45,898 nucleotides of DNA from NCBI GenBank assembly GCA_963992075.1, contig CAXDSX010000001.1, positions 1 to 45,898 on the forward strand. Reading direction: 5' to 3'. The position numbers and the translations under genes were made by a program. The notes under the pieces were generated by a model. It was not told where the DNA came from and searched no databases. It saw only the letters and a list, made by a program, of their open reading frames with translations. Shown here one piece after another: positions 36,914 to 45,845 of this stretch. Each line of letters opens with the position of its first letter. Within the stretch, counting starts at the first letter, position 1. The DNA comes from an uncultured Pseudomonadales bacterium. Lineage in GTDB: Bacteria; Pseudomonadota; Gammaproteobacteria; Pseudomonadales; Azotimanducaceae.

Positions 36914-37664
36914 ATGCGTGGCCGGCGGAAGAATCGTTTTTGACATCGCACGTTATTGATTTTCATCAAGCGCTTTTCGAAGCAATCATTCATTACGGGC
37001 ATCCAGATAGAGCTGTTTAGCAACAGCGCTTCATGAAATCGACTATGCCGTTCATGGGCGTCAACGCGCAGAACGTGCGGCAAGCAGCAAAACGGACGTT
37101 TTTAGAATGGACGTGGGAGACGCAGTCAGAATGGCTTGAAGCGATAATCCGGGTTTGGCGCCATGCAACATACCGAGAGGAGCGGTACGCGGCCATTCAG
37201 CTTGCTGAGTTCAAACCCTATGGTCATTGGTTAGATCCCAGCGCGTTGCCGGTGATTTAAGAAATGATTGTGAGTGGCTCGTGGTGGGATTTTGTCGATG
37301 TCCTAGCCACCCACCACATGGGAGAACCGTGTTGCAGAATCATCGCAACAGTATTCGTCCGGTAATCTTGCGGTGGGCCGTCGCCGATGACGTATGGAAA
37401 CGCAGAACCGTGCTGCTCGTGCAACTAAAAAGCAAACGTTCGACCGATATTGGCCCATTGCTTTATGCGGTGGACGTATCGAAGAAAGAGGATGACTTTT
37501 TTCTTCGAAAAGGCATTGGATGGGCGTTACGTGAATACTCAAAGACGGATCCACAAACGGTTTTGGATTACGTAAGCGCCAATTCGACGGAGTTGTCGAC
37601 CTTGTCAAAACGCGAGGCCCTCAAAATCCTTCTGAACAGCGGCAAACTCGACCAAATACCCTGA
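36910..37664 (+). pseudogene. AlkD/AlkC-family (HEAT-like repeat) DNA alkylation-repair glycosylase, disrupted
   Basis: A single reading can be followed across the family. HPDRAV-TAG-QQRFMKSTMPFMGV (TAG 37018-37020); then LPVI-TAA-EMIVSGSWWDFVD (TAA 37258-37260); then a one-base frame change near 37329 (HHMGEP | VLQNHRNSIRPVILRWAVADDVWKRR ... FFLRKGIGWALREYSKTDP ... LSKREALK). Confidence 0.72.
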
Positions 37665-37678
37665 GTTATCTTTGGCGT

Positions 37679-38086
37679 CTAGTCGCCGGCGAGCGGTGGG
37701 TGATAGATGAACTGGATGCTCACTCCGTTGGGATCACGACAATAGAAACTCCTCGCACCGTCACGATGCGTGCGTGGTGGCTCCACAATTTCGATGTCTT
37801 GGTTCGCTAAATAGGTATGCCAGGCATCGACATCGTTTTTATTACCCATAAGAAATCCGACATGATCCAGTCGCTGGTTAACTGGAGCCGCTGCTTCTAT
37901 AACCCGATGCAGAGCAATGTTGTCCGAGCCGGATGTTAAGTAAACGTTGTCGCCATCGGGTTCCCACTCGACGTTGAGTCCAAGGACCTCGGTATAAAAT
38001 GCCTTTGTTGCTTCGAAGTTGGAAACGTTAAAAGCAACGTGATGCATACCGGTGGTTGGGGGTGGTCGAACTCCGCGTTTCGTCAC
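37679..38086 (-). CDS. VOC (glyoxalase/bleomycin-resistance/dioxygenase) family protein
   Basis: MHHVAFNVSNFEATKAFYTEVLG and LDHVGF are paired beta-alpha-beta-beta-beta module signatures. GTG 38086 overlaps the OsmC stop (GTGA); ATG 38047 is an alternative. Confidence 0.75.
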   Translation of the reverse strand: MTKRGVRPPPTTGMHHVAFNVSNFEATKAFYTEVLGLNVEWEPDGDNVYLTSGSDNIALHRVIEAAAPVNQRLDHVGFLMGNKNDVDAWHTYLANQDIEIVEPPRTHRDGARSFYCRDPNGVSIQFIYHPPLAGD

Positions 38087-38505
38087 GGCGTTTCCTTGAT
38101 TTCGTGGTCATGCGTGAAACGAACACCGCCCCGTTGCATCATGATGGAGGCGGAGCAGTATTGTTGCGCACTAAGGTCGATTGCGCGTTTAACTTTCGCG
38201 GGGTTGAGTTTATGGCCCGTGACCATGAATTGAAGGTGGACGTCGGTAAACACTTTCGGCTCGGTAACCGCGCGTAAAGCTGAGATCTCAATGCTGCAGT
38301 CGGTTATGTCTTGACGTCCCTTACGAAGGATGGTCACAACGTCAAACGCGCTACAACCCCCGAGCCCTATGAGTACAAGCTCCATCGGACGAGCACCAAG
38401 GTTTTGTCCGCCATATTCGGCTGGTCCATCCATCTTGACGTCGTGGCCTGTTTCGGAGGTCGCCGAGAAGCTCACGTCACCGCTCCATTGAACCGTCGCT
38501 TTCAT
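38083..38505 (-). CDS. OsmC family peroxiredoxin-like protein
   Basis: 140 aa with the two conserved Cys contexts (LIGLGGCSAFDV and QYCSASIM) typical of OsmC/Ohr-fold proteins. Confidence 0.8.
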   Translation of the reverse strand: MKATVQWSGDVSFSATSETGHDVKMDGPAEYGGQNLGARPMELVLIGLGGCSAFDVVTILRKGRQDITDCSIEISALRAVTEPKVFTDVHLQFMVTGHKLNPAKVKRAIDLSAQQYCSASIMMQRGGVRFTHDHEIKETP

Positions 38506-38613
38506 ACCAGACCTACCAAAATTCTAGACCATTCCCCAGGAATTCCGTTGCGGCCGTGGCCCCAGGTGGACGTTGGGGACTTGCGAATACACATCGTTGG
38601 TCATGGTCGGGGC

Positions 38614-39261
38614 TTACGGCATACGTTCGATGAACGGCTTTCTAATGGCGATTTTGTTGCCCGCGTACGCTGCGTTCGGTAACGCTGCCAAGCGGGCCGC
38701 CTCGGCCAGGGTATCCTCCATCAAAGCATCCGGTTCGACGACGAGATCAAGAAAACCGGCATCAACCGCCCCGATCGGATCGTAAAGGTGGGCTTGGATG
38801 ATGGCGGCTGTTTGGTGTCGTTTGGATAAACGATCTTCGGCAAGTGCGAGCGCGAACGGTGGCAACACCGCTCCAATGAAGGTTTCGTTAAGTCCTATTT
38901 TGAAGTCACCGGCTGTTCCAATGCGAGAATCCGCCGCGAGTAGGATGAGTGCACCTGCTGCGATGGCGTGTCCGGTACAGCCAACTACTAGGGGTAGAGG
39001 GTGAGAGTAAATTGCTTTCAACATAGCGCCACCGGAGGCGACTAGTGCTTGTGCCGCGGACCCTCCGGCGTTGACTACCGATAAGTCGAATCCAGCTGAA
39101 AAACGTCCGGGTCGTCCGAAAAGAGCGACTGCAGATGCTTCGTTGCGGGCGCGTTCGAGAGCGTCGGTCAGAGCCTCGATGAATGCATGGCTAATAGCGT
39201 TCGCCTTGCCGTCGTCTATGTGAATGACCGCAACTTCACCGTTTTTTTGATAGTTAAGCAT
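38614..39261 (-). CDS. Crotonase/enoyl-CoA hydratase superfamily protein
   Basis: GRFSAGFDL oxyanion-hole block, GHAIAAGA second block. Starts 10 nt after the trpC stop. Confidence 0.8.
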   Translation of the reverse strand: MLNYQKNGEVAVIHIDDGKANAISHAFIEALTDALERARNEASAVALFGRPGRFSAGFDLSVVNAGGSAAQALVASGGAMLKAIYSHPLPLVVGCTGHAIAAGALILLAADSRIGTAGDFKIGLNETFIGAVLPPFALALAEDRLSKRHQTAAIIQAHLYDPIGAVDAGFLDLVVEPDALMEDTLAEAARLAALPNAAYAGNKIAIRKPFIERMP

Positions 39262-39271
39262 GGACGTAATC

Positions 39272-40051
39272 CTAAGAGAAAAGCGCTTTAATTTGTTTGC
39301 CTGGATCCTCGGCCCTCATAAAGGCCTCTCCGACCAAGAAGGCATCGACTCCAGCACGGCGAAGACGTTTGACGTCGTCGGGGGTTCGAATTCCACTTTC
39401 CGTGACGACCTTCACCGTCTCAGGTATACGATCCAAAAGTTCAAGTGTGGTGTCGATGTTGGTGTTGAAAGATTCAAGATCGCGGTTGTTGATCCCGATC
39501 AAACTCGGTTCCAGAGCGACTGCTGCGTGCAATTCCGAAGCATCGTGAACTTCAATAAGAACGTCGAGCTCGATCGAGGTGGCGATTTCGTAAAGCGCGC
39601 GCAGAGATTCGGCATCAAGGGCGGCGGCAATAAGGAGAATGCAATCTGCTCCTATCGCTCGGGCCTCGAAGACCTGATATTCGTCCACAACAAAATCTTT
39701 TCTGAGGACCGGCAGCGGCATGTTATTTCGGGCGTCGGTTAAATCGTCGTCGTCGCCCTGAAAAAAATGCCGATCCGTCAGCACGGACAGGCAAGTTGCT
39801 CCGCCCTCGTAGTAGCTTACGGCGATCGCAACGGGATCAAAGTTTTCACGGATGACGCCTTTGCTAGGCGAAGCTTTTTTGATCTCGGCAATGACTGCTG
39901 GTGATTGTTCGGACACCGCCTTGGCAAATCCTCGAGTCGGTGCAACCGTTTCTGCGAGCTCTCGAAGCAGGCTTTGGGATCGGTGTGCTTTACGTTGTTC
40001 GACTTCGAGTCGTTTGTGCTCAAGAATCTTCGTCAGGATGTTTGCAGTCAC
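39272..40051 (-). CDS. trpC: Indole-3-glycerol-phosphate synthase
   Basis: ILEHKRLEV, IAEIKKASPSKG, LSVLTD, LRKDF, INNRDL, ESGI. GTG start overlaps the trpD stop (GTGA). Confidence 0.95.
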   Translation of the reverse strand: MTANILTKILEHKRLEVEQRKAHRSQSLLRELAETVAPTRGFAKAVSEQSPAVIAEIKKASPSKGVIRENFDPVAIAVSYYEGGATCLSVLTDRHFFQGDDDDLTDARNNMPLPVLRKDFVVDEYQVFEARAIGADCILLIAAALDAESLRALYEIATSIELDVLIEVHDASELHAAVALEPSLIGINNRDLESFNTNIDTTLELLDRIPETVKVVTESGIRTPDDVKRLRRAGVDAFLVGEAFMRAEDPGKQIKALFS

Positions 40052-41076
40052 ACGGTTTCCATTAAACGTGACACTCGAGTCAGTTCGGCGAGTTTTTCGG
40101 CGGCCAGGCCACTAGCGATCGCGTCTTCGGCCATCGACACGCCATGCCCGAGTGTTTGGGCGATTCCTGCTACGTAAATGGCGGCACCGGCATTCAACGC
40201 AACGATATCGGCTGCGCCGGTAGTATCGTCGCCGCTAAGCGACTGCCGCACCAGTTCGAGACTCCTTGCCGGAGAATCGGCGTGAAGACCCTCCACGGTT
40301 CGTGTCGCTATACCAAAATCGTCAGGTTCGATGGCGTATTGACGAATTTTATCGTCTTTCAGCTCGACGATAGTTGACGTGCCTGAGATTGATAGTTCGT
40401 CGAGGCCGTTCGCATGCACTACCATCACGTGCGTCGAACCCAACAACTTGGCGACTTCGGCGACGGGTAGCAGCCATTCCGGCGCGAACACGCCGATGAG
40501 TTGGCGCTTAGCACCGGCCGGGTTGGTGAGCGGCCCGAGCAAGTTAAGAATAGTCCTAACCCGTAACTCTTGCCGGATCGGTCCCGCGTGTCGCATGGCC
40601 GAATGATGTGCCTGGGCGAAAAGAAAGCCGACACCTATCTCCTCAATGCATCGAGCAATTTGCTCGGGCTTCAGCGCAATATTCACCCCGGCTGCTTCGA
40701 GCAGATCGGCGCTGCCACTCTGGCTGGTCATGCCGCGATTACCGTGTTTCGCGACGTGGCCTCCGGCGCCGGCGACGACGAAAGCGGCCGCCGTCGAAAC
40801 ATTGAAGAGCTTTGCACCCCCTGAACCGCCGGTACCACAAGTATCCACCAGATTCTGCACGTCAACGACGACCTTGGTTGATACTTGTCGCATGGCTTGG
40901 GCGGCTCCTGCTATTTCTTCCGGGCTTTCACCACGGACGCGCAGGGCCATCAAAATTCCACCGATTTGAGCGGGCGTCGCTTTGCCTGCCATGATCGTGT
41001 CAAAGACGGCTTTGGTATTCGCTTGGCTGAGGGTTTGCCCTTCGATAATCTGTGCGAGCGCTTCACTAAGATCCAC
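40048..41076 (-). CDS. trpD: Anthranilate phosphoribosyltransferase
   Basis: [54 protein letters not shown]. Start set at GTG 41076 (342 aa). The track start 41166 would run 100 nt into trpG. Confidence 0.9.
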   Translation of the reverse strand: MDLSEALAQIIEGQTLSQANTKAVFDTIMAGKATPAQIGGILMALRVRGESPEEIAGAAQAMRQVSTKVVVDVQNLVDTCGTGGSGGAKLFNVSTAAAFVVAGAGGHVAKHGNRGMTSQSGSADLLEAAGVNIALKPEQIARCIEEIGVGFLFAQAHHSAMRHAGPIRQELRVRTILNLLGPLTNPAGAKRQLIGVFAPEWLLPVAEVAKLLGSTHVMVVHANGLDELSISGTSTIVELKDDKIRQYAIEPDDFGIATRTVEGLHADSPARSLELVRQSLSGDDTTGAADIVALNAGAAIYVAGIAQTLGHGVSMAEDAIASGLAAEKLAELTRVSRLMETV

Positions 41077-41659
41077 TAGAGCTTGCTCCGAGAAAATTAT
41101 TAAGGAGTTCGTAACCGGCCTGAGTTTTGATGGATTCGGGGTGAAATTGGACGCCTTCGACGTCAAAGTCGCGGTGTTGAAATGCCATCACTTCGTCGAA
41201 AGTGCCGTCCTCGAATTCCGTCCACGCGGTGACTTCGAGACTATTGGGAACCGAATTTTTCGAGACAACCAGCGAATGGTAACGCGTCACCTCGATCGGA
41301 TTGGGCAAGTTTTGGAATACGCCTCGACCGTCGTGATAAACCTTGGAGAGCTTCCCGTGCATGACTCGCCGAGCACGGACAACTTCGCCACCGTATGCCT
41401 GGCCGATGCTTTGATGCCCTAGACAAATACCCAGGATAGGAATCGATTGCCCGAACTTGCGGACGACGTCCATGGAGATACCGGCTTCATTGGGAGTGCA
41501 TGGTCCGGGGCTGATAACAATCTTCTCAGGCTCCAATTGGTGGATTTCGTCTAAACTGATTTCATCATTTCGGCGAACTTCCACCGTTGCACCTAGCTCT
41601 CCCAAGTATTGGACGATGTTGTAGGTGAATGAGTCGTAATTGTCGATCATTAGAATCAT
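41066..41659 (-). CDS. trpG: Anthranilate synthase component II (glutamine amidotransferase)
   Basis: [26 protein letters not shown] (catalytic Cys), FHPES. ATG 41659 is preceded by AAGGAGG at 9-nt spacing. Confidence 0.92.
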   Translation of the reverse strand: MILMIDNYDSFTYNIVQYLGELGATVEVRRNDEISLDEIHQLEPEKIVISPGPCTPNEAGISMDVVRKFGQSIPILGICLGHQSIGQAYGGEVVRARRVMHGKLSKVYHDGRGVFQNLPNPIEVTRYHSLVVSKNSVPNSLEVTAWTEFEDGTFDEVMAFQHRDFDVEGVQFHPESIKTQAGYELLNNFLGASSSGS

Positions 41660-41668
41660 GGTGCTTGA

Positions 41669-41675
41669 CCTCCTT
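41669..41675 (-). promoter_or_regulatory. Shine-Dalgarno sequence of trpG
   Basis: Minus-strand AAGGAGG, 9 nt upstream of ATG 41659. Confidence 0.6.
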
Positions 41676-41734
41676 GCACTTGGACGGAGCAATAAGGAAG
41701 TAAATCCGATGAAGGTGGTGTCAGCATGGGATGC

Positions 41735-41740
41735 ATTCTA
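41735..41740 (-). promoter_or_regulatory. Candidate sigma70 -10 hexamer upstream of trpGDC
   Basis: Minus-strand TAGAAT (5/6 match to TATAAT), about 75 nt upstream of the trpG ATG. Only a weak -35 (CTTAAA-like) at 16-17 nt. Purely a sequence match. Confidence 0.2.
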
Positions 41741-41879
41741 GTCGGAACGAGGTAACTTTAAGCTATGGTCGATGGGAAGATTTTTTCTGCGAACGGGTCG
41801 GTTTTGCACCCTCGAATAGACTACTGGCGAGCGAGGAGCGATAGTTGCTCGCATCCTTGATCTTACCGACCTGATTTCT

Positions 41880-42893
41880 TTATTCGATCAGTGCTTCGTA
41901 CGCGGCTAAGGTTTGATCTCGACTTCGCTCTAATGTCAGATTTTTCGTGGCGTAGTCAAATAGCGGAGCGAACGATTGCTCGAGTCGGCTCACGTTCGAA
42001 AGCGTGGATTTAAGCAGTAGGCGAATGGCCTCGACGTTTTCAATCGCGCATAGGTATTGTTGGGGTAGCACTTCGTTTGGAATGGGGACATCGGTCGAAA
42101 TCACTGGGGTTTTCTCTAACAAAGCCTCGGCAAAAACGTAAGAAAAACCTTCGTTTCGAGATGGGATGACCGTGAGATCGGCAGCACGAATGTAATCTAA
42201 TGCAGGATCCCTTTGGCCAAGCAGAAACACTTGATCGGTGAGCCCCCGTGCCGCCACCAGGGCGTTGAGACGTTCGCGTTCTGGTCCGTCACCGACGACA
42301 AATAAATATCCGAACTTGGGTTCCCAAGCTGAGATTAATAAGTCGAAACCCTTCGCTGGAACCAATCGCCCAACGGCGACGACTACGGGCTTTCGGCTGG
42401 CGATCTCTCGATATTCTCTAGGCACGGCTGCAACGCGGTCGCCGCGCCAATTGACGCCGTTGTATATCGATATTTTGTTGGGACAGGGCAACGTGTCCCT
42501 TACCGTATTGCTAACGCCGATGGCTAAGTCGTAGGTTTTTAGGAACGACATATGTTTCTTAACGTTGTGCACCGTAGCGACAGTTTTTATCGAAAGAAAC
42601 GGTTTACAGAGTGCAATAATCCGTCCGGCCTTGCTTGCATGTGCGTGGACGAGATCGGGATTCGAACGGCCTATCGCTCTGACGATCTTGAATAGATTCC
42701 CAGGATGTAATCGCGGTTTTGATAAATTTACGCCGATGTATTTGACAGCTGTTCGAAAGCGAGGTGCGTACTTCGGGTGAGCAATGGCCGTCACGTTACA
42801 GCTCGTTGCTAACGCGTTACTCATGTCAACGAAGTGATTCTCGAGCCCACCCTCTTCGTCGCCGGCCATGATCTGAACAACGTTAAGTGACAT
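41880..42893 (-). CDS. GT4-family (GT-B fold) glycosyltransferase, LPS/surface-polysaccharide type
   Basis: N-terminal VVQIMAGDEEGGLENH, C-terminal EX7E motif (NEGFSYVFAE), VGDGPER. Visibly lower GC than its neighbours. Confidence 0.8.
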   Translation of the reverse strand: MSLNVVQIMAGDEEGGLENHFVDMSNALATSCNVTAIAHPKYAPRFRTAVKYIGVNLSKPRLHPGNLFKIVRAIGRSNPDLVHAHASKAGRIIALCKPFLSIKTVATVHNVKKHMSFLKTYDLAIGVSNTVRDTLPCPNKISIYNGVNWRGDRVAAVPREYREIASRKPVVVAVGRLVPAKGFDLLISAWEPKFGYLFVVGDGPERERLNALVAARGLTDQVFLLGQRDPALDYIRAADLTVIPSRNEGFSYVFAEALLEKTPVISTDVPIPNEVLPQQYLCAIENVEAIRLLLKSTLSNVSRLEQSFAPLFDYATKNLTLERSRDQTLAAYEALIE

Positions 42894-42951
42894 CGGGATT
42901 TCTAGGCCTTCAATACCTTGTCAGGGATAGTAAAGCGGTCTTTTTGACTGG

Positions 42952-44133
42952 CTAGCTGTCCGGCGTTGACGATTGAAGACGCTGTTCCGTCAATTCTGCA
43001 AAAAAAGTCGCTCCGTAGACGGACGCGTCATCGTTAAAGTCGTAGCTTGGGTGGTGGACGGGATGCCGTTCGTCCCCGTCGCCATTGCCGATCAGAAGAT
43101 AGCAGCCAGGTACTTGTTCGAGCATGAATGAGAAATCTTCCGAGCCCGTTCCGGGAGGTAAATTAACGTGGACGTTGTCTTTTCCTACAAGTCCTGTGCA
43201 AACGCTGGCCGCAAACGCAGATTGTGCTTCATCATTTACGACGGGATGAAAAATGTCGCGAAACTCGAAACTGACGGTAGCGCCATAGCCTTTCGCGGTT
43301 GATTCAGCGAGTGCGCGCATCCGATCTTGGATATGAGACATTACCGCATTGGAGAAAGTTCGAACGGTTCCCGAGAGGTGTGCGCTTGCGGGAATGACAT
43401 TGTAGGCGTCTCCCGCATGGAATTGGGTGATCGAAACAACCGCGGCATCTCGCGGTCTGACATTCCGTGAGACGACGGATTGAAGCGCGGTAACGACCTG
43501 GGCTCCAACGACGACTGGATCGATGCCGTTCTCCGGATGAGCCCCATGCGCACCAACGCCGTTGATTCGAATATCAAAAAATGCACCGGCTGCCGCGACA
43601 ACCCCTGCCGTTGCGGAAAACTGGCCAACGGGTAGTCCAGGGGCGTTGTGCATCGCGAAAATGCTGTCACAAGGGAATTGTTCGAATAGTCCGTCTTCGA
43701 TCATGGCGCGAGCACCACCAATACCCTCCTCGGCGGGTTGAAAAATGAAGTTGACCTGACCTCGAAAGTTCTTGGTTTCTGCGAGGTAGCGCGCGGCTCC
43801 CAATAACATGGTGGTATGGCCGTCGTGACCGCACGCGTGCATCTTTCCATCGTGGATTGATCGATGTTCAAATTCGTTGGATTCGTGCATAGGGAGAGCA
43901 TCCATGTCCGCACGTAGTCCGATGGTTTCGGGCTCATTCCCTACGCGTAATACGCCAACGACGCCTGTCTTCCCGATTCCGCGATATACGTCGAGGCCGA
44001 ATGACTCGAGTTTATTCGCGACGAAATCCGCCGTTCTCTGTTCCTCAAAGCCGAGTTCCGGATGCGCATGGATGTCCCGTCGCCAGGATTTCAGGTCCTT
44101 CGCGTAGCTCGCGATGGTCTCTTTAATACTCAC
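42952..44133 (-). CDS. M20D-family amidohydrolase (hippurate hydrolase / N-acyl-amino-acid amidohydrolase-like)
   Basis: WRRDIHAHPELGFEE, MHACGHDGH, FQPAEE, FHAGDAYNVIP, NDD. GTG start. Confidence 0.85.
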   Translation of the reverse strand: MSIKETIASYAKDLKSWRRDIHAHPELGFEEQRTADFVANKLESFGLDVYRGIGKTGVVGVLRVGNEPETIGLRADMDALPMHESNEFEHRSIHDGKMHACGHDGHTTMLLGAARYLAETKNFRGQVNFIFQPAEEGIGGARAMIEDGLFEQFPCDSIFAMHNAPGLPVGQFSATAGVVAAAGAFFDIRINGVGAHGAHPENGIDPVVVGAQVVTALQSVVSRNVRPRDAAVVSITQFHAGDAYNVIPASAHLSGTVRTFSNAVMSHIQDRMRALAESTAKGYGATVSFEFRDIFHPVVNDEAQSAFAASVCTGLVGKDNVHVNLPPGTGSEDFSFMLEQVPGCYLLIGNGDGDERHPVHHPSYDFNDDASVYGATFFAELTEQRLQSSTPDS

Positions 44134-44147
44134 GTAGTCTCTCTCAC

Positions 44148-44891
44148 TTAAATGTTGTCGGCGACCCAGCTGATCGACCAGTTGTGCCCGAGGCGCCGAC
44201 CCCGATAGGTCTCGGGTAGTCGCGCCACCAGGCTGCCTGGAATCTCGGCAATTTGTGGATCAGTTGGCCAATCTTTGAAAGCGTTGTCGAGGGCTTGAAT
44301 AGTACGCCACTGCGTCACCTCGATATTTGACGGCAGTAGGCGAGGGAGCGTGTTAGCACAGCCGCTACCCGTACCTGCCAGGGGCGCAGCGACCGAGTGT
44401 ATTTGGGTCGGCACTTCTTGCTCCCAATGCGCGATGAAACCAACGGCCACCAGTCCCCCATAACTGTGACCGATTATTTCGACGCTCTCAACATGGGTGT
44501 GAGTTGCGAGCAGGGTGCGGAGTAAAAGGGCCATTTCAGCGCTCGCGTTGTTTGTGCATCGAAACGTGTTCCAACGATGGAAGAACGTTAACGTGTTCTC
44601 GTCGTCCAGCGTTTGTAATGGATAAATCCACTCATAACCCTTACTGCCAAATCCATGTACGCCAATGAGTAGTTTATTGACGTGAGCCGTGGTCCGCTCC
44701 AAAGGATGCAGACCAGGATTTAGATTCATGAGTCGAAGCCCCGAAGCTTTGACCCCTGGACCAGAGTCGAGATCGGTGAGCCAAGGGTAATCGTCGGAAG
44801 CGCAGGAAAATCCGGCGAGGCAAGTGCTAATCAGGACCCGACAAAGAACGAGGAGCATATTGGCCTTTCGGACGCGCTCGGTGAGGCTCAA
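44148..44891 (-). CDS. Secreted alpha/beta-fold hydrolase (esterase/lipase-like)
   Basis: Nucleophile elbow GHSYGG. Signal-peptide-like N-terminus (RVRKANMLLVLCRVLISTCLAGFSCA) if TTG 44891 is the start (overlapping the upstream stop); ATG 44858 is an alternative. Confidence 0.7.
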   Translation of the reverse strand: MSLTERVRKANMLLVLCRVLISTCLAGFSCASDDYPWLTDLDSGPGVKASGLRLMNLNPGLHPLERTTAHVNKLLIGVHGFGSKGYEWIYPLQTLDDENTLTFFHRWNTFRCTNNASAEMALLLRTLLATHTHVESVEIIGHSYGGLVAVGFIAHWEQEVPTQIHSVAAPLAGTGSGCANTLPRLLPSNIEVTQWRTIQALDNAFKDWPTDPQIAEIPGSLVARLPETYRGRRLGHNWSISWVADNI

Positions 44892-45845
44892 TCGGGGAGT
44901 CCTAAAACCCGCTTCGCAATAATATTGAGCTGCACTTCGTTGCTACCACCAGCGATTGAACGGGCTTTCCCGGCGAGCCAAGAGCGGGTTATTTCTTGCG
45001 TCCCTGAGTTATCCGTCTCCCATCCAATGGACTTGGTGCCCAACATGGCCACTTGCATCTCCGACCTGGACTTTGCGAGGTTGGCCCCATACAACTTGAA
45101 AATCGAGGTTGCTGGTCCCGGAGTGCTCCCTTCGGATTCTTCGACCGTTCGACGCTGAGTGAGTCGGAATGCGTGGGTGTTGATGTCATGCATCGTGATT
45201 TTGGCCCTCATCGTCGAGTCACCTATTTTTCCATCGATTTCTCCAAGGCATGCTTTGGCGAGTTCATCAAGTGCAATCCCGACTTCACGATTGGTACCCG
45301 AGGTAAGCGCTAGCATGCCGGACCGTTCGTGTTGTAATAATCTTTTGGCGACGGTCCAACCCTTGTTGAGGTCGCCGACTAGATTTGTCTTTTGCGCGAT
45401 AGCGTTGTCGAAAAACGTTTCACAAAAGGGTGATGCACCTGAAATAAGCTGAATCGGACGTACCGATACGCCTGGTTGGTCCATGCTAAAAAGTACAAAG
45501 CTAATACCGTCGTGTTTCGGGGCGTCCGGATCGGTGCGCACCAAACAAAATATCCAGTCGGCAAATTGAGCGCCGGATGTCCAAATTTTCTGACCATTGA
45601 TGACGAAATGATCACCGTTATCCTCGGCTCGAGTTCGGAGCGACGCAAGGTCCGAACCAGAGCTCGGCTCCGAATACCCCTGGCACCACCAGACTTCTCC
45701 CCTGGCGATGTTTGGAAGGTGAGCTAATTTCTGTTCTTCCGTTCCAAACTCCAAAAGCGTGGGGCCAATCATCGAGGTGCCCATACCGGCAACTGGCGTT
45801 CTGGCACCCAATCGGCGCATCTCGTCCAAAAAAACAATGTATTGG
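44888..45845 (-). CDS. Acyl-CoA dehydrogenase (about 400-aa class), 5'-truncated at the contig end
   Basis: QGYSEPSSGSDLASL, INGQKIWTSGA and IAGGSNEVQLNIIAKRVLGLP are ACAD middle and C-terminal domain blocks. The first 17 nt of the track ORF (to 45862) are adapter-derived, so the genuine sequence stops at 45845. Confidence 0.85.

Noticed and set aside
36901-37083. A 60-aa minus-strand ORF across the coq7 / alkD-like junction as a possible small protein or toxin.
   Set aside because: It is antisense to sequence that aligns with the AlkD family N-terminus. It has no SD and no recognisable motif.
37018-37260. Stop-codon recoding (selenocysteine, pyrrolysine or programmed readthrough) as an explanation for the interrupted AlkD-like gene.
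   Set aside because: The stops are one TAG and one TAA (no TGA, no SECIS-like hairpin seen). They are accompanied by an independent frameshift near 37329, and nothing suggests Pyl machinery. Ordinary gene decay explains all three lesions.
41660-41879. Possible Trp leader peptide or transcription attenuator in the 187-nt spacer upstream of trpG.
   Set aside because: Reading the minus strand, I find no short ORF with tandem TGG codons (no TGGTGG at all) and no terminator/antiterminator pair followed by a U-tract. Only a GCGAGC...GCTCGC repeat with a 14-nt loop is present.
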